Source: Chloroflexota bacterium
Lineage (GTDB): Bacteria; Chloroflexota; Dehalococcoidia; GIF9; AB-539-J10
Assembly: GCA_036834125.1 (NCBI GenBank)
Contig: DAITOK010000005.1
Coordinates: forward strand, 6,331 to 70,330
Direction of reading: 5' to 3'
Length of the DNA: 64,000 bases
Shown: in pieces, positions 39,723-51,758 of the stretch
How the letters are laid out: the number at the start of each line of letters is the position of its first letter
Position numbering within the stretch: position 1 is the stretch's first letter
The notes under the pieces: model-generated
Seen by the model: only the letters and a program-made list of their open reading frames with translations
Told to the model about the DNA's origin: nothing
The model's database searches: none
Position numbers and translations under genes: made by a program

Positions 39723-40775
39723 TTAGTCGTGTTTCTGCGCCCACAAACTAGGTTGGGACTGACGGGCATCCGATGTTCTGGGTGCTCGGTTGTAAGGCAA
39801 TCCGAGGTGCTCATAAGCAAGTCTGGCTGCTACTCTGCCGCGTGGTGTCCGTTCCAGAAAACCTAATTGAAGAAGATAAGGTTCGTAGACATCCATGATA
39901 GTGTCGGCATCCTCATTAATAGAAGCTGCGATAGTTTCTAAACCAACAGGACCGCCATCAAATTTGTCAATTATTGTATGCAGCACTTTATGATCTATAT
40001 CATCCAAACCTACGGAGTCTATCTCTAGCTTAGAAAGCCCTTTCAATGCTACTTCTTTAGTGATCACCCCGTCTGCCATAACCTCAGCATAATCTCGCAC
40101 CCTCTTTAAGAGCCGGTTAGCCACTCGAGGTGTGCCTCTGGCACGTTGCGCGATTAAAGTCAGTCCTTCCCTATCCGCTTTCACCCCGAGAATGGTCGCT
40201 GATCTCTCCAGAATTGCCAAAATTGCAGCTTGGTCGTAGAAGTCCAAGTGATATACTGCACCGAATCTATCACGGATAGGAGGGCTCAATAAAGCAAAGC
40301 GAGTAGTAGCCCCAATTAAGGTGAATCTGGGTAAACTTAGCCGTAAACTTCTAGCAGCTGGACCCTTCCCTAAAAACACATCAAAAGCGAAATCCTCCAT
40401 TGCCGGATAGAGTTTTTCCTCTACTGTGTGGTTAAGCCTATGTATCTCGTCAATAAAAAGGACATCCCCTTGGCGTAGATTGGTAAGAATAGCTGCCAGG
40501 TCTCCAGCACGCTCTATCGCTGGTCCGGAAGTAATCTTAATATCAACTCCCATCTCGGCAGCAATAATGTAGGCAAGAGTAGTCTTGCCTAAACCTGGGG
40601 CACCGTAAAGCATTATGTGGTCTAAAGGCTCACCTCTTTTTTTGGCAGCAGCGATAGCTATTTTTAGATTATCTTTGCTTTTTTCTTGACCTATGAATTC
40701 ACTGAGACGTCTGGGGCGCAGGTTTTGTTCAATGGAGGTATCCTCGGGTGTTACTTTACCTGAGACAAGCCGCAT
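39723..40775 (-). CDS. ruvB: Holliday junction branch-migration ATPase RuvB
   Basis: Walker [12 protein letters not shown], the RuvB AAA+ core and a C-terminal winged helix. It lies 32 nt downstream of rpoC. Confidence 0.93.
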   Translation of the reverse strand: MRLVSGKVTPEDTSIEQNLRPRRLSEFIGQEKSKDNLKIAIAAAKKRGEPLDHIMLYGAPGLGKTTLAYIIAAEMGVDIKITSGPAIERAGDLAAILTNLRQGDVLFIDEIHRLNHTVEEKLYPAMEDFAFDVFLGKGPAARSLRLSLPRFTLIGATTRFALLSPPIRDRFGAVYHLDFYDQAAILAILERSATILGVKADREGLTLIAQRARGTPRVANRLLKRVRDYAEVMADGVITKEVALKGLSKLEIDSVGLDDIDHKVLHTIIDKFDGGPVGLETIAASINEDADTIMDVYEPYLLQLGFLERTPRGRVAARLAYEHLGLPYNRAPRTSDARQSQPSLWAQKHD

Positions 40776-40807
40776 CGCTAACCTTTGCTCGATTTAATGA
40801 GGGAAAT

Positions 40808-43800
40808 TTACTGGTTCTCTAATTCTAAGTTCGTAGTCTCCCCGCTCTCAAGGCTTAACCTTTGCAATTTTTCTCCCTCCTCAGGACTTGGAGCAAGAAC
40901 CCGGGACGGAATGAGCTTACCGAGGATAACATTTTCCTTGAGCCCGCGAAGCTTATCTAGCTTGCCTTTGATAGCAGCATCAACAAGAACACGACCGGTT
41001 TCTTGGAAGGAAGCGGCAGCTAACCAACTATCCTTACTTAAACTGGCTCTGGTTATTCCGAGGAGCGCAGCTTGAGCTGTCGCTGGTTCACCTCCTTCAG
41101 CCAGTACCTTGGCGTTTATATCCTCATAATCGAACCGATTGACTAGCTCTCCAGGCAAGAGCTTCGTGTCTCCCGAAGAAATAATCCTCACGTTGCCTAG
41201 CATCTGCCGGACAATGACAGCAATATGCTTATCGTGTATGGTCACTCCTTGCGCTCGATATACCTTTTGAATTTCATCAATTAAGTACTGTTGGACTACG
41301 TCCTTGCCCATAATACGCAAGATGTCGTGAGGGTCAATAGGACCTCTCGTAAGCCTGTCGCCCGCCTTGACTTTGTCACCTGAGCGAACCAGCAAATAGG
41401 CACCGTAAGGGACGCTATATTCTCTCTCTTCCCTTTCTTCATATTTGACATAGACACGTTTGCCTTCGATTATAACTTGACCACCTACTCTAGCTACTAC
41501 AGCTTGAGATTGTTCCGCTGCACCGGAAGTAGAAACTGGCAATTTTTCTTCTGTCTTCTCTGGTAGAGAAAATAGGGTGTCACCAGCATCCACTACCTGT
41601 CCATCAACTACAGCTAGCTTTGCTTTCCGCGGAATTTGGTATTCATCGAGGTAAGATTCAAAGCTAATGACTTTGATTATGCTCTCCCCGTCGGTATGAG
41701 TTACTTCAACAGTACCATCAATCTCAGAGATGATGGCGCTGCCACTCGGCGTTCTGGCTTCGAAAAGCTCTTCTACGCGGGGCAGACCAGTAGTAATATC
41801 AACACCGACAACACCACCGGTATGGAAAGTACGTAGTGTAAGCTGGGTTCCAGGCTCGCCGATGCTTTGAGCAGCGATAACTCCCACAGCGGTGCCCAAT
41901 TTTACCGGTTGTTTCTTACCTAGGTCTCTGCCATAACACTTCTGGCAAATGCCAAGTCGAGAACGGCAGGTAAGAGGTGACCTCATATATACCCGGGTAA
42001 TTCCAGCCTCAACAATTTGTTTGACCTTTTCTTCATTAATCTCTTCATCTCGCTGGACAATGATGGCATTTGTGTGGGGATCAACAATATCGGTAGCTGC
42101 TAAATAGCCAGTAATCCGTTCTTCAAACGGGGGCAGAGAGCTATCAATGGTTTCTCGAGATATCCAAACTCCTTCATGAGTGCCACAATCCGGTTCATTT
42201 ATGATGACGTCTTGGGCAATATCCACCAGTCGTCTGGTAAGGTAACCACTATCTGATGTCCTCAGTGCGGTATCAGCTAATCCTTTGCGAGCACCATGTG
42301 TGGAGATGAAGTACTCCATTGGTGATAATCCATCGCGGAGGCTAGACTTGATGGGGAAGTCTATTATCCTGCCTGCGGGATCTTGCATCAATCCACGTAT
42401 GCCTGTCATCTGAGTAATTTGAGAAATGTTTCCTTTGGCACCAGACGTTGCCATCATGTAGATGCTACCGTAAGGATCCAACGAACGAGATACATCTTTG
42501 GTGATCTTGTCTGTAGTCTCTGCCCAGACCTGAACGACTTTCTCGTATTTTTCATCCTCAGTAATCAAGCCGTGGTTGAACTGCTCCTCAACAAGACTAA
42601 GCTGCTCATCAGCCTCCTTAAGAAGCTTAACCCTGTTGGGCGGCTCTTCTATATCGTTCATAGCTATGGAAATGCCGGATTTTGTAGCATAATCGAATCC
42701 CAATTGCTTGAGTCTATCTAGGACGCCGGCTGCACCTTCGTTACCCAGCACACGGATGCAGTCAGCTATTAGCGCTCTTAAGGATGACTTATCTGCCACT
42801 TTGTTGAAAAAACGAAGCTCCGGCGGTAAAGCCTCGTTGAACAATATTCTGCCCACCGTAGTGGTTATCCTGCCACCGTCCGAGCGAAGTGAAGGCTCTC
42901 GCACCACAATTTCAGCATTAAGTTCCACAATGCCTAATTCGTAAGCTAGTTTGGCTTCATCGAAACTGGCAAAGTATCTACCCTCTCCTTTGGCTCCCGG
43001 TTTAGAAACGGTGAGATAATAGCATCCTAAGACTATGTCCAAGGTCGGTGCTGTTACCGGCTCACCACAACTTGGCAGCAGCATGTTGTAAACACTGAGC
43101 ATATGTTCCCGAGCTTCCTTTACGGCAGTTCTAGATAGTGGTACGTGAACTGCCATCTGGTCACCATCGAAGTCGGCATTAAAGGCAGTGCATACCAATG
43201 GGTGAATCTGGAAGGCATCGCCATCAATTAACACAGGTTCAAAGGCTTGGATGCTCAGCCGATGTAATGTTGGGGCACGGTTTAACAATACAGGGCGCTC
43301 CTTGACCACTTCATACAGTGCGTCCCACACTTCTGGGCTACCTCTTTCTACCAATCGGCGGGCGCTCTTTAAGTTATTGGCATACCCGTTCTTCATTAGC
43401 TTGTGTACAACCATGGGTTTGAATAATTCTAAGGCAACATAGCGTGGCAAACCACACTGGTGAAGTTTGAGTCTGGGACCGACAACAATGACGGAGCGAC
43501 CACTGTAGTCAACTCGCTTACCAAGAAGGTTTTGGCGAAACCGACCCTGTTTGCCTTTCAGTATATCCGCTAGGGATTTCAAGGCATGCTTATCACCAGT
43601 AGTAACTGCGCGCCCTCTCCGTCCGTTATCAATAAGAGCATCAACAGCCTCCTGTAGCATGCGTTTCTCATTTCGGATAATTATTTCTGGAGCACCTAAC
43701 TTCATGAGACGGCGGAGTCGGTTGTTGCGGTTGATAACCCTGCGATAAAGATCGTTGAGGTCGCTGATGACAAAGCGACCACCATCCAGTTGCACAATAG

Positions 43801-44731
43801 GACGAAGAGACGGTGGCAGTACAGGCAGCACGGTCAATACCATCCATTCAGGCTTATTCCCACTGAGCTTGAAAGCTTCAACTAATTGAAGACGTTGGCT
43901 CAGTCTTTTGTGATATCCCCCTGATGTGCCACGGATTTGCTCACGAAGCTGTTGGTGTAAAGCATCAATGTCAAGTTGTTTCAATATCTGTAAAATAGCT
44001 TCAGCACCCATGCCAGCTTCAAAAATAGCACCATGCCTTTCCTTGAGTTTCCTGTATTCTTCCTCGTTGAGCAATCTTAGCGGTCGAAGATTTTCTAACT
44101 CTGTAATGCTTGCCTTTAGTTCTTCTTCGAGTTTTGCTTTCTTTTCTGTAAATTTGGCCTGGATCTGGTCTGCTTCTTTCATCTTGAGTTCTTCCTCCAG
44201 ACCTTGAGTTTCCAGTTGCTCCATTTTCTTATCCAAACGTTCCTCTTGTTCGACGAGTTTTCGGCTCATTTCCTCTTCAAGGTGACGAAGTTTCTTTTCT
44301 CTGGCCTCTTCATCCACAGAGATAACAATGTAGCGAGCAAAATAGATGACACTCTCTAAGTCTCGTGGGGAAAGATCCAAGAGTAGCCCCAGTCGGCTGG
44401 GCACTAGTTTGACAAACCATATATGAGTTACTGGCGCGGCTAATTCTATATGTCCCATGCGTTCCCGACGAACGCTGGAATGAGCTACCTCAACACCGCA
44501 TTTATCGCAGGTAACTCCTTTATACCTCGCCTTCTTATATTTGCCACAATGGCATTCAAAGTCCTTGACAGGTCCAAAAATCTTTTCGCAGAATAAACCG
44601 TCTCTTTCTGGCTTCAGAGTGCGGTAGTTGATTGTCTCGGCTTTAGTAACCTCGCCGTGAGACCAGCTTCTGATTTGTTCCGGCGAAGCTAGACTTATTC
44701 GAATGCCATTAATGCCATCAAATTGTGACAT
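40808..44731 (-). CDS. rpoC: DNA-directed RNA polymerase subunit beta'
   Basis: Zinc-binding [22 protein letters not shown] and the catalytic NADFDGDQM motif. ATG at 44731 ([11 protein letters not shown]) with GAGGAGG RBS; it overlaps the rpoB stop by 14 nt. Confidence 0.95.
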   Translation of the reverse strand: MSQFDGINGIRISLASPEQIRSWSHGEVTKAETINYRTLKPERDGLFCEKIFGPVKDFECHCGKYKKARYKGVTCDKCGVEVAHSSVRRERMGHIELAAPVTHIWFVKLVPSRLGLLLDLSPRDLESVIYFARYIVISVDEEAREKKLRHLEEEMSRKLVEQEERLDKKMEQLETQGLEEELKMKEADQIQAKFTEKKAKLEEELKASITELENLRPLRLLNEEEYRKLKERHGAIFEAGMGAEAILQILKQLDIDALHQQLREQIRGTSGGYHKRLSQRLQLVEAFKLSGNKPEWMVLTVLPVLPPSLRPIVQLDGGRFVISDLNDLYRRVINRNNRLRRLMKLGAPEIIIRNEKRMLQEAVDALIDNGRRGRAVTTGDKHALKSLADILKGKQGRFRQNLLGKRVDYSGRSVIVVGPRLKLHQCGLPRYVALELFKPMVVHKLMKNGYANNLKSARRLVERGSPEVWDALYEVVKERPVLLNRAPTLHRLSIQAFEPVLIDGDAFQIHPLVCTAFNADFDGDQMAVHVPLSRTAVKEAREHMLSVYNMLLPSCGEPVTAPTLDIVLGCYYLTVSKPGAKGEGRYFASFDEAKLAYELGIVELNAEIVVREPSLRSDGGRITTTVGRILFNEALPPELRFFNKVADKSSLRALIADCIRVLGNEGAAGVLDRLKQLGFDYATKSGISIAMNDIEEPPNRVKLLKEADEQLSLVEEQFNHGLITEDEKYEKVVQVWAETTDKITKDVSRSLDPYGSIYMMATSGAKGNISQITQMTGIRGLMQDPAGRIIDFPIKSSLRDGLSPMEYFISTHGARKGLADTALRTSDSGYLTRRLVDIAQDVIINEPDCGTHEGVWISRETIDSSLPPFEERITGYLAATDIVDPHTNAIIVQRDEEINEEKVKQIVEAGITRVYMRSPLTCRSRLGICQKCYGRDLGKKQPVKLGTAVGVIAAQSIGEPGTQLTLRTFHTGGVVGVDITTGLPRVEELFEARTPSGSAIISEIDGTVEVTHTDGESIIKVISFESYLDEYQIPRKAKLAVVDGQVVDAGDTLFSLPEKTEEKLPVSTSGAAEQSQAVVARVGGQVIIEGKRVYVKYEEREEREYSVPYGAYLLVRSGDKVKAGDRLTRGPIDPHDILRIMGKDVVQQYLIDEIQKVYRAQGVTIHDKHIAVIVRQMLGNVRIISSGDTKLLPGELVNRFDYEDINAKVLAEGGEPATAQAALLGITRASLSKDSWLAAASFQETGRVLVDAAIKGKLDKLRGLKENVILGKLIPSRVLAPSPEEGEKLQRLSLESGETTNLELENQ

Positions 44732-47700
44732 TTTCCTCCTCACTAAGTAGCTCAACAGCAAAACCTAAGCTACGTAGCTCCATGAACAAAACCTTGGTGG
44801 ACTCTGGAATGCCTAGTTGTTGAATATCTTCGCCTTTGACAAGTGATTCGTAGGCTTTAGCTCGTCCCATTACATCGTCTGACTTGATTGTCAGCATCTC
44901 TTGAAGTGTATGAGCTGCGCCGTGTGCTTCCAACGCCCAAACCTCCATTTCACCGAACCTCTGACCGCCAAACTGCGCCTTCCCTCCCAAGGGTTGCTGG
45001 GTGATTAGTGAGTAGGGACCAGTGGAACGAGCATGTACCTTATCACCGACAAGGTGAATTAGCTTCATCATGTAGATACAGCCTACAGTTATGGGCTTGT
45101 CAAATAACTCGCCAGTTCGCCCGTCTCGAAGTTCTACCTTGCCGAAAATCGGCGGATAGAGCTTGCGTTCCTTATAAACTTTTTGTGCTATCTGTTCCAA
45201 CTTCTGGTCGCTGAGAGTTCTAAGTTGATGGTTGTCACCTATGCCTAGTTCTTCAAGCCATATACACAAAGAGGCTTTTCTAGCTGCACCTACGTATCTG
45301 TCATCCATTACTTCTTGGGCATCAAAGCCATATTGAGCAAGCCAGTCCTCAACCTTTTTCTGGTCAATTATGGCATCTCTAGGATTCTCAGGACTGAAAC
45401 TAACAGCATTGGCTTTCCACACGATCCAAGCTTTAGCTAACGCATCCTCAATGGTCAGAGCATCAGCGCCATCGAAAATGGGATTAATAGCTTTAAATCC
45501 TAGCACTTGAGCTGCCCAACCTAAATGGGCTTCCAAAACCTGCCCAATATTCATACGAGAAGGAACACCAAGAGGATTAAGAATAATGTCTACAGGCGTG
45601 CCATCTGGCAAAAGCGGCATGTCTTCCTCGGGCAATATAATAGAGATAACACCCTTGTTGCCATGTCTCCCGGACATTTTGTCACCTACGGAAATTTTGC
45701 GCTTTTGAGCTACCCATACCTGTACAAGTTTGTTCACCCCTGCTGGCAACTCGTCATGGTTTTCACGAGAAAAGACTTTAGTCCTGATCACCCTTCCCCA
45801 CTCTCCGGACGGAATTCTAAGGGAACTATCTTTTACCTCCCGTGTCTTCTCGCCAAAAATAGCCCGCAGCAACTTTTCTTCCGCTGAAGGTTCGGTTTCA
45901 CCTTTAGGAGTAATCTTCCCAACCAGAATGTCATTGGGCTTTACTTCAGCTCCAATACGTATGATCCCCATTTCATCAAGGTTAGAAAGACTCTCCTCGC
46001 TAACGTTGGGTATATCCCTGGTTATCTCTTCAGGACCAAGCTTAGTGTCGCGCTCTTCTATCTCATATTTTTCAATGTGAACAGACGTATAGACATCATC
46101 TTTAACTAGCCGTCTGCTGATAACAATGGCGTCCTCAAAGTTATACCCTTCCCAGCTCATAAAAGCGCAGATGATATTCTGTCCTAAAGCAAGGTGTCCA
46201 TTATCTACGGAAAAACTGTCTACTAGCACCTGCCCCTTCTGAACTCTGTCGCCTTTGTTTACGATTGGTCGCTGATTGATACATGTCCCTTGGTTAGTCC
46301 TGGCGAATTTGGTCAAATTGAATTTGTGCTCTTCACCTTTTTCTGTTTTGATTACAATTTGTGAACTGGTTGCTGAAGTGACCACACCATCGTCAGGGGC
46401 AAATATCACTTGCCCACTATATTTAGCCACTTCTTTTTCCATACCTGTGGCTACCAAGGGACATTCGGGACGTAATAATGGCACTGCCTGTCTTTGCATA
46501 TTGCAACCCATTAAAGCTCGGTTAGCATCATCATGCTCCAGGAACGGGATAAGACAAGCCGCCGCACTAAATAGCTGTTTTGGTGAGACATCAATAAAGT
46601 TGACCTTGTCTACTGACTCCTTAAAGTACCTGTCACCTTTCTTGGCCTCAACTTTGGCATCAATAAACTCGTTTCTTTCATTGAGAAGGGCATTAGCTTG
46701 GGCAATAGCATACTGACCTTCTTCGTCAGCTGTCATGTACACGATTTGGTCAGAAACAAATGGCATTACTTTGATATTTCGGGCTGGAAGAGAAGCTAGC
46801 TTCTGTGCGAGTTTTTTGGTGACTACTGTGCCACTCTCGGCTATTACTTCGCCTTCATTATCTATTACATCTTCCTTAAGGGTTCTTCCTGTCAGTTCCT
46901 TTACAGTATTGCGAACCTCGTGAATGACTCTGCGATACGGTGTCTCTATAAACCCATATTCGTTCACGGAGGCATAAGTAGCTAAGGAGCCGATAAGCCC
47001 AATATTTGGACCCTCGGGTGTTTCTATTGGACAAACTCTGCCATAGTGGGAATGATGGACATCGCGGACTTCGAATCCAGCCTGTTTTCTCGAGAGACCA
47101 CCGGGCCCCATGGCGGAAAGACGACGCTTGTGAGTTAACTCGGCTAGTGGATTGGTCTGGTCCATGAATTGTGAGAGTTGCGACCGTCCGAAGAACTCTC
47201 TTATAGCCACTGCTATAGGGCGAATATTTATCAACGCCACAGGAGTCGCTGCCTCGGGGTCCAGGATACTCATCCGCTCTTTAATGGCTCTCTCCAACCT
47301 TAACAAGCCAACGCGAAGTTGCTTCTGTATCAGAAACCCCACAGCTTGGGCTCTTCGATTGCCCAGATGATCAATATCGTCAGAGGCTTCTTTACCCAGG
47401 TTAACTGCGATAATACGGCGGACTATCTGCACCAGGTCTTCGGGAGTTAACCCTGTGTAGTTGCCCGGCACATTTAGTCCTAGCTTTTTGTTAAGCTTGT
47501 AACGACCGACTTTGCCCAGGCTGTAGCGGCGTGGGTTGAACAGGAAATTATTCAGTAAAGCCTGGGCGCTACTAAGACTAGCTGGTTCACCAGAAGACAG
47601 TTTTCTATAAATATCAAATAAGGCATCAGCCTTGTTTTTAATCAATGGGTCTCGTTCTATTGTTGAGCGGATAAAAGCGTGCTCAGGCGAGTTATCTATG

Positions 47701-48323
47701 TCTTGGAACAGGGAAAGCAAGGTTTCGTCGCTCTCAAAACCTATGGCACGCAATAAAGTGGTAACTGGTATCTTTCGTTTGCCACTAACCTTGACTGAAA
47801 TTACATCCCGATTAGAGGTATCAAAATCCAGCCAAGCACCGTGTTCAGCAACAAGCTTGGCAAAACACAACTCCCTTCCACTTGAAGAGTCTCTTTCTAA
47901 CGTGAAATAGACGCCTGGAAAACGAGTCAGCTGATTGACCACTACCCGCTCTACACCGGAAATAATAAAGGTACCAGCATCTGTCATTAAAGGAAAATCG
48001 CTGAAGTACAATTCTTGTTGCTTGATCTCCCCTGTCTCTTTGACCAGTAGCTGTGCAGTAACGTAGATGGGGGAAGAGTAAGTCAAGCCTCGCTCAAGGC
48101 ATTCAGAAATAGAGTACAACGGCTCTCGAAACTCGTAATCAATGAAGCGTAGCTCCATTCGTGTGTTGGTATAGTCTTGAATCGGTGAGATTTCGTCGAA
48201 TAGCTCGCGCAGTCCTTCCTCTTGAAACCAACGGAAGGAATCGAGCTGAACTCGAATAAGGTCGGGTATTTCTAAAGTCTCAGGGGATCTAGCAAAAGAC
48301 TTTACTGAGTTATATTGAAGCAT
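44718..48323 (-). CDS. rpoB: DNA-directed RNA polymerase subunit beta
   Basis: 1201 aa. Conserved rif-cluster and catalytic regions (NMQRQAVPL-type block present as [17 protein letters not shown]). Confidence 0.95.
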   Translation of the reverse strand: MLQYNSVKSFARSPETLEIPDLIRVQLDSFRWFQEEGLRELFDEISPIQDYTNTRMELRFIDYEFREPLYSISECLERGLTYSSPIYVTAQLLVKETGEIKQQELYFSDFPLMTDAGTFIISGVERVVVNQLTRFPGVYFTLERDSSSGRELCFAKLVAEHGAWLDFDTSNRDVISVKVSGKRKIPVTTLLRAIGFESDETLLSLFQDIDNSPEHAFIRSTIERDPLIKNKADALFDIYRKLSSGEPASLSSAQALLNNFLFNPRRYSLGKVGRYKLNKKLGLNVPGNYTGLTPEDLVQIVRRIIAVNLGKEASDDIDHLGNRRAQAVGFLIQKQLRVGLLRLERAIKERMSILDPEAATPVALINIRPIAVAIREFFGRSQLSQFMDQTNPLAELTHKRRLSAMGPGGLSRKQAGFEVRDVHHSHYGRVCPIETPEGPNIGLIGSLATYASVNEYGFIETPYRRVIHEVRNTVKELTGRTLKEDVIDNEGEVIAESGTVVTKKLAQKLASLPARNIKVMPFVSDQIVYMTADEEGQYAIAQANALLNERNEFIDAKVEAKKGDRYFKESVDKVNFIDVSPKQLFSAAACLIPFLEHDDANRALMGCNMQRQAVPLLRPECPLVATGMEKEVAKYSGQVIFAPDDGVVTSATSSQIVIKTEKGEEHKFNLTKFARTNQGTCINQRPIVNKGDRVQKGQVLVDSFSVDNGHLALGQNIICAFMSWEGYNFEDAIVISRRLVKDDVYTSVHIEKYEIEERDTKLGPEEITRDIPNVSEESLSNLDEMGIIRIGAEVKPNDILVGKITPKGETEPSAEEKLLRAIFGEKTREVKDSSLRIPSGEWGRVIRTKVFSRENHDELPAGVNKLVQVWVAQKRKISVGDKMSGRHGNKGVISIILPEEDMPLLPDGTPVDIILNPLGVPSRMNIGQVLEAHLGWAAQVLGFKAINPIFDGADALTIEDALAKAWIVWKANAVSFSPENPRDAIIDQKKVEDWLAQYGFDAQEVMDDRYVGAARKASLCIWLEELGIGDNHQLRTLSDQKLEQIAQKVYKERKLYPPIFGKVELRDGRTGELFDKPITVGCIYMMKLIHLVGDKVHARSTGPYSLITQQPLGGKAQFGGQRFGEMEVWALEAHGAAHTLQEMLTIKSDDVMGRAKAYESLVKGEDIQQLGIPESTKVLFMELRSLGFAVELLSEEENVTI

Positions 48324-48915
48324 AGAATAAACGAACCTGCTTACTCTTCAAAGCAATGTCTCGAAGATAGCTAACTAAGAAATTGTGATATGACAAGATC
48401 CAAAGAAAGCAATAGCATATACAAACTAATAAGTTTAACACCCTATTTTTATTTTGTCAACTTTTCTCGGGCTTGTGGCAAAAATTTTTGCGGGAAATTA
48501 CTGCCATATTGCGAATAGCCGCTTTATATGCCTTGTTTCCATGTTTACCAATCCTGGTTGGAAGAGACTCGCTTCGGTTGCTCTGGTAAATTCCACTTGG
48601 TAAAATACGCCCTTAGAAAAACGTATTGCTGTGCAGAGGCTTATCATTTTATCCTAAGTCTTTTTGTCAGGCAAGTTGAGCAAATAAGGTGTGCTGTCCG
48701 AAAACTTGGCTTTTTTGATATGTTAGTGGCGCCTATTATAGCTAGGGGTGAATATTTGCAGACGCTTTTGCCAAAATCTACTTATGTCGGGAGTTAGCAA
48801 AAATTTTTCACAAGGTCGGCTGGAAGCGAGGAAATTACATCCAGTAATGTCAAGGACGGGGTAAAAATGGCTGAGAACAGAAAGAAACTTGTGACCTAAT
48901 GTCACTAGGAATCGT

Positions 48916-49227
48916 ATGGGTGCTTTCGAAAATTTTATTGAAGAATTGAAAAAGACGGAGGCTATACAGGCTCTGTTGCAGAGCTTGGAGAGAGAGCCAG
49001 CTAAGCAACTAGCTGCTATTTGCCGTGAGTATGAGGCAACAAATAAAGCAGTCCCTGACCACCATCTCAATCTGGCTGGGTATTTCGGCGAAGTGATGTT
49101 GCGGGCGCTGGTGGGGGCAAATCTAGTTACTAAGGAGCGCGAAGACAGGTTTGCTCTTTACGGCTACAAGCCCACTGAGAAGGGGCTTAATTATTACAAG
49201 GCTATGTTAGCCGAAAAGAAAATATAG
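48916..49227 (+). CDS. Hypothetical 103-aa protein
   Basis: ATG start. MGAFENFIEELKKTEAIQALLQSLEREPAKQLAAICREYEATNK...; no domain recognised. The inverted repeat GTGACCTAATGTCAC lies 11 bp upstream. Confidence 0.45.
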   Translation: MGAFENFIEELKKTEAIQALLQSLEREPAKQLAAICREYEATNKAVPDHHLNLAGYFGEVMLRALVGANLVTKEREDRFALYGYKPTEKGLNYYKAMLAEKKI

Positions 49228-49300
49228 ATCCGTCCGATGGCTGGTCACTGAATTAACAGCGAGTCTCTAAAAGGTCTTGTAGTTTTTCTGGGTTGACTCA

Positions 49301-50077
49301 GTGCATAAGCTAATTGATACTCATACGCACCTCGACGAATTGGAAAATCTTGATTCGAGGCTAGAAGAAGCCCGGAAAGTCGGCGTGATTGGCATAGTGG
49401 CTGTGGGTTCAAATCGCCAATCTAATATAAAAACATTGGAAATAGCGCAGAAATATCACCAGTTTGTCTATCCAGCTTTAGGCTTCCATCCCTGGGAACT
49501 CGGTGACTTAGATGCTCCTGAGATAGACAACAATTTCCGGTTCATCGAGGAGAACATTGCTTCAGCAGTGGCTATCGGTGAGGTAGGTTTGGACTATGAC
49601 AAGCGAGTCCTGAAAAGAGCATCCAAGGGATTGCAGCAAGAAGTTTTTCGTCAGCTCGTGAATGTTGCAAAGAAATATAGCAAACCGGTTATCGTCCACA
49701 GCCGATATGCCTGGAAGGACGCACTCGAGCTGGTCAAAAGCGCTCGTGTCAACAAAGCTGTGTTTCACTGGTTTACTGGTTTTTCCAGTGTTTTAGAGGA
49801 TATAATTAATAGCGGCTATTTTGTTTCAGCCACGCCTGCTGCTGAGTATCATGAAGAACATAGGCGGGCGGTCAAGGAAGTGCCTTTGGAGAGATTGCTT
49901 CTGGAGACAGATTGCCCGGTAACATATGGCAGGGCAGAACGTTATGAATCTCAGCCTGCTGATGTCTTGCGGTCTATGAAAGCCGTGGCTCGACTCAAAG
50001 GAGTTGCTGAAGCAAGAGTGGCAGAGCAGACGATGAAGAATGCCATTGACCTCTTTTCTTTGAATGTAGCAATTTAA
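49301..50077 (+). CDS. tatD: TatD-family metal-dependent hydrolase/DNase
   Basis: HKLIDTHTHLDE N-terminal metal-binding motif and TIM-barrel hydrolase blocks; GTG start. Confidence 0.88.
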   Translation: MHKLIDTHTHLDELENLDSRLEEARKVGVIGIVAVGSNRQSNIKTLEIAQKYHQFVYPALGFHPWELGDLDAPEIDNNFRFIEENIASAVAIGEVGLDYDKRVLKRASKGLQQEVFRQLVNVAKKYSKPVIVHSRYAWKDALELVKSARVNKAVFHWFTGFSSVLEDIINSGYFVSATPAAEYHEEHRRAVKEVPLERLLLETDCPVTYGRAERYESQPADVLRSMKAVARLKGVAEARVAEQTMKNAIDLFSLNVAI

Positions 50078-50093
50078 GCAAGGAGGAAAGCAA

Positions 50094-50420
50094 ATGATAC
50101 AACCAATAACAGGGGAGGATAACTTCAACAAGCTTATTCTGCAGTCCAAGTTGCCAGTCATGGTGGATTTCTGGGCTAAGTGGTGTGGTCCGTGCCTGGC
50201 TACTGCTCCTATCCTGGAGGAGTTGGCAAAGGAATATACGGGCAAGATAGACTTTGTCAAAGTGGATGTGGACGAGAATGGTCCGTTGGCTGCCAAGTAC
50301 GGCATCGCCTCCATCCCCACGATGATTATATTTAAGGGTGGTCAACCTGTTCAGCAAGTTATTGGTTACAGACCAAAGAAAGAACTCAAGAAAGTTCTAG
50401 ACGGAGTTCTAGGTCAGTAG
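50094..50420 (+). CDS. trxA: Thioredoxin
   Basis: Active site WAKWCGPC; RBS AAGGAGG. Confidence 0.95.
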   Translation: MIQPITGEDNFNKLILQSKLPVMVDFWAKWCGPCLATAPILEELAKEYTGKIDFVKVDVDENGPLAAKYGIASIPTMIIFKGGQPVQQVIGYRPKKELKKVLDGVLGQ

Positions 50421-50530
50421 GTTATCTGCTGATTCCGCCTACAAAAAGCTTGCAACTTTTCCTGGCTACCCACAAGTGCTAAACGTAGTTGTCCGAGCGG
50501 GAAAAGGTGGTTTGATTTCTCCAGGTCTGT

Positions 50531-51025
50531 TTAGCTCGTGGTAAAAAACTCACGGATGGAATCGAATTCTGCAGGCAAAAGAGCCAGCAACAACGGGAAT
50601 TCCTGCACTAGGAACCTAGCTATTGCCGATTGACTGATGACACTGACCGAGCCTGGGTAATACTTCAATACAATAGCGAGAAAGGCAGCGCAGAACAGGG
50701 CTCCCACAGCGATACCGAAGACAAACCCCAGAAGCCTATCGAGCCAGCCAAGTGCCGCGAAATGTACTGCCTTAGCCACGAGCCAACCGACCACGCCAGC
50801 GACAATGAGAGTAGCTATTACAATAATGGCATATGCAGCTATCTTAGCCCAGGTGGCACCACTGGTAGAGAGCAGTGCTGCCAGCGGCTCATAATAGCAC
50901 CCTGCTAGAATTATGCCAATTATTAACCCGGCGATGCCGAACGCTGTCCGAATAATTCCTTGTCGCAAGCCACCAAAGCCCAACACCACTGCCACAATTA
51001 TTATGACTATATCCAACCAATTCAT
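50531..51025 (-). CDS. cvpA: CvpA-family membrane protein
   Basis: MNWLDIVIIIVAVVLGFGGLRQGIIRTAFGIAGLIIGIILAG with 4 TM helices. Confidence 0.75.
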   Translation of the reverse strand: MNWLDIVIIIVAVVLGFGGLRQGIIRTAFGIAGLIIGIILAGCYYEPLAALLSTSGATWAKIAAYAIIVIATLIVAGVVGWLVAKAVHFAALGWLDRLLGFVFGIAVGALFCAAFLAIVLKYYPGSVSVISQSAIARFLVQEFPLLLALLPAEFDSIREFFTTS

Positions 51026-51036
51026 TGCTTGCCTCT

Positions 51037-51381
51037 CTAGTTCTTTAGTTTGTTCCAGACCCTTGAAATCTTTAGTTTAAGGTCAGGTAAATCCTCTTTA
51101 ATAATCAGCCAGACTCTTTTTAAATTGGCACCAAAGTATTCATGAGTGAGAATATCTCTCATTCCGGCGATCTTTTTCCAAGGTATGTCGGCATATTGAC
51201 CTTTAAAATTTTCATCCATCTTTTTGGCTGCTTCGCCGATGATTTCGAGCCTTCTCAGAACTGCATCTTGAACCCGGCGTGTCTTGTAAAATTTCTCTTC
51301 TGTGAGTGCCTGCATGTATTCCTCTATCGCTTAAATGCTTTCTAGCATGTCCTTTACATACAACCTCATATCCCGTTTCAT
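51037..51381 (-). pseudogene. hepT: HepT-family (DUF86/HEPN) toxin gene with an in-frame TAA at codon 17
   Basis: From ATG 51381: MKRDMRLYVKDMLESI-TAA (51333-51331)-AIEEYMQALTEEKF...RDILTHEY. The last block is an Rx4-6H HEPN motif. The stop sits where K/E/Q is expected in the ILEAIxKIEEY consensus. The track reports only the re-start ORF 51037-51315. Confidence 0.7.
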
Positions 51382-51670
51382 AGGATGACCACTTCTTCGT
51401 TCAGTATCCTCTCCCTGATGAGCGGTTTAATTGTGCTGTATTCCACCAAATCAATACTTTTGCCCAACGCCTCCTCGAGCTCAATCTTTAAAGCGGCAAA
51501 ATCAAGCAGACTCAGGTCGTTGTTGATTTCTACCAAAATATCTATATCACTATCAGCTGTAGCCTCACCTTTCGTAACTGAGCCAAAAGGGCGGCTCTCT
51601 CGACACCATGCCGTTTGAGTATGGGAATAGCTTTGTTTTTTATTTCGTGTATTTGCTTCTGCGAAATCAT
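51378..51670 (-). pseudogene. mnt: MNT (minimal nucleotidyltransferase) antitoxin gene with a -1 frameshift in an A4/T4 run (51585-51588)
   Basis: From ATG 51670 (GAGG RBS): MISQKQIHEIKNKAIPILKRHGVERAAL, then a stop in that frame after 14 more codons. The adjacent frame continues GSVTKGEATADSDIDILVEINNDLSLLDFAALKIELEEALGKSIDLVEYSTIKPLIRERILNEEVVIL-TGA. That is the GS...DxD NTase motif, and the TGA overlaps the HepT ATG (ATGA). Confidence 0.7.
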
Positions 51671-51758
51671 TTACCGCCTCGAACGAAAAATTGCCTATAG
51701 GACGCCCTGACTGCTATTTCCTTCTAACATTTTGTATTTCATGCTCTTGTTATAGCAC

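Noticed and set aside
40785-48323. Multiple 60-150-aa ORFs antisense to rpoB/rpoC, and similar ORFs antisense to amidase, leuS, pcrA and glgP
   Set aside because: They overlap strongly supported long genes on the opposite strand and lack RBS, consistent with chance frames in GC-balanced coding DNA.
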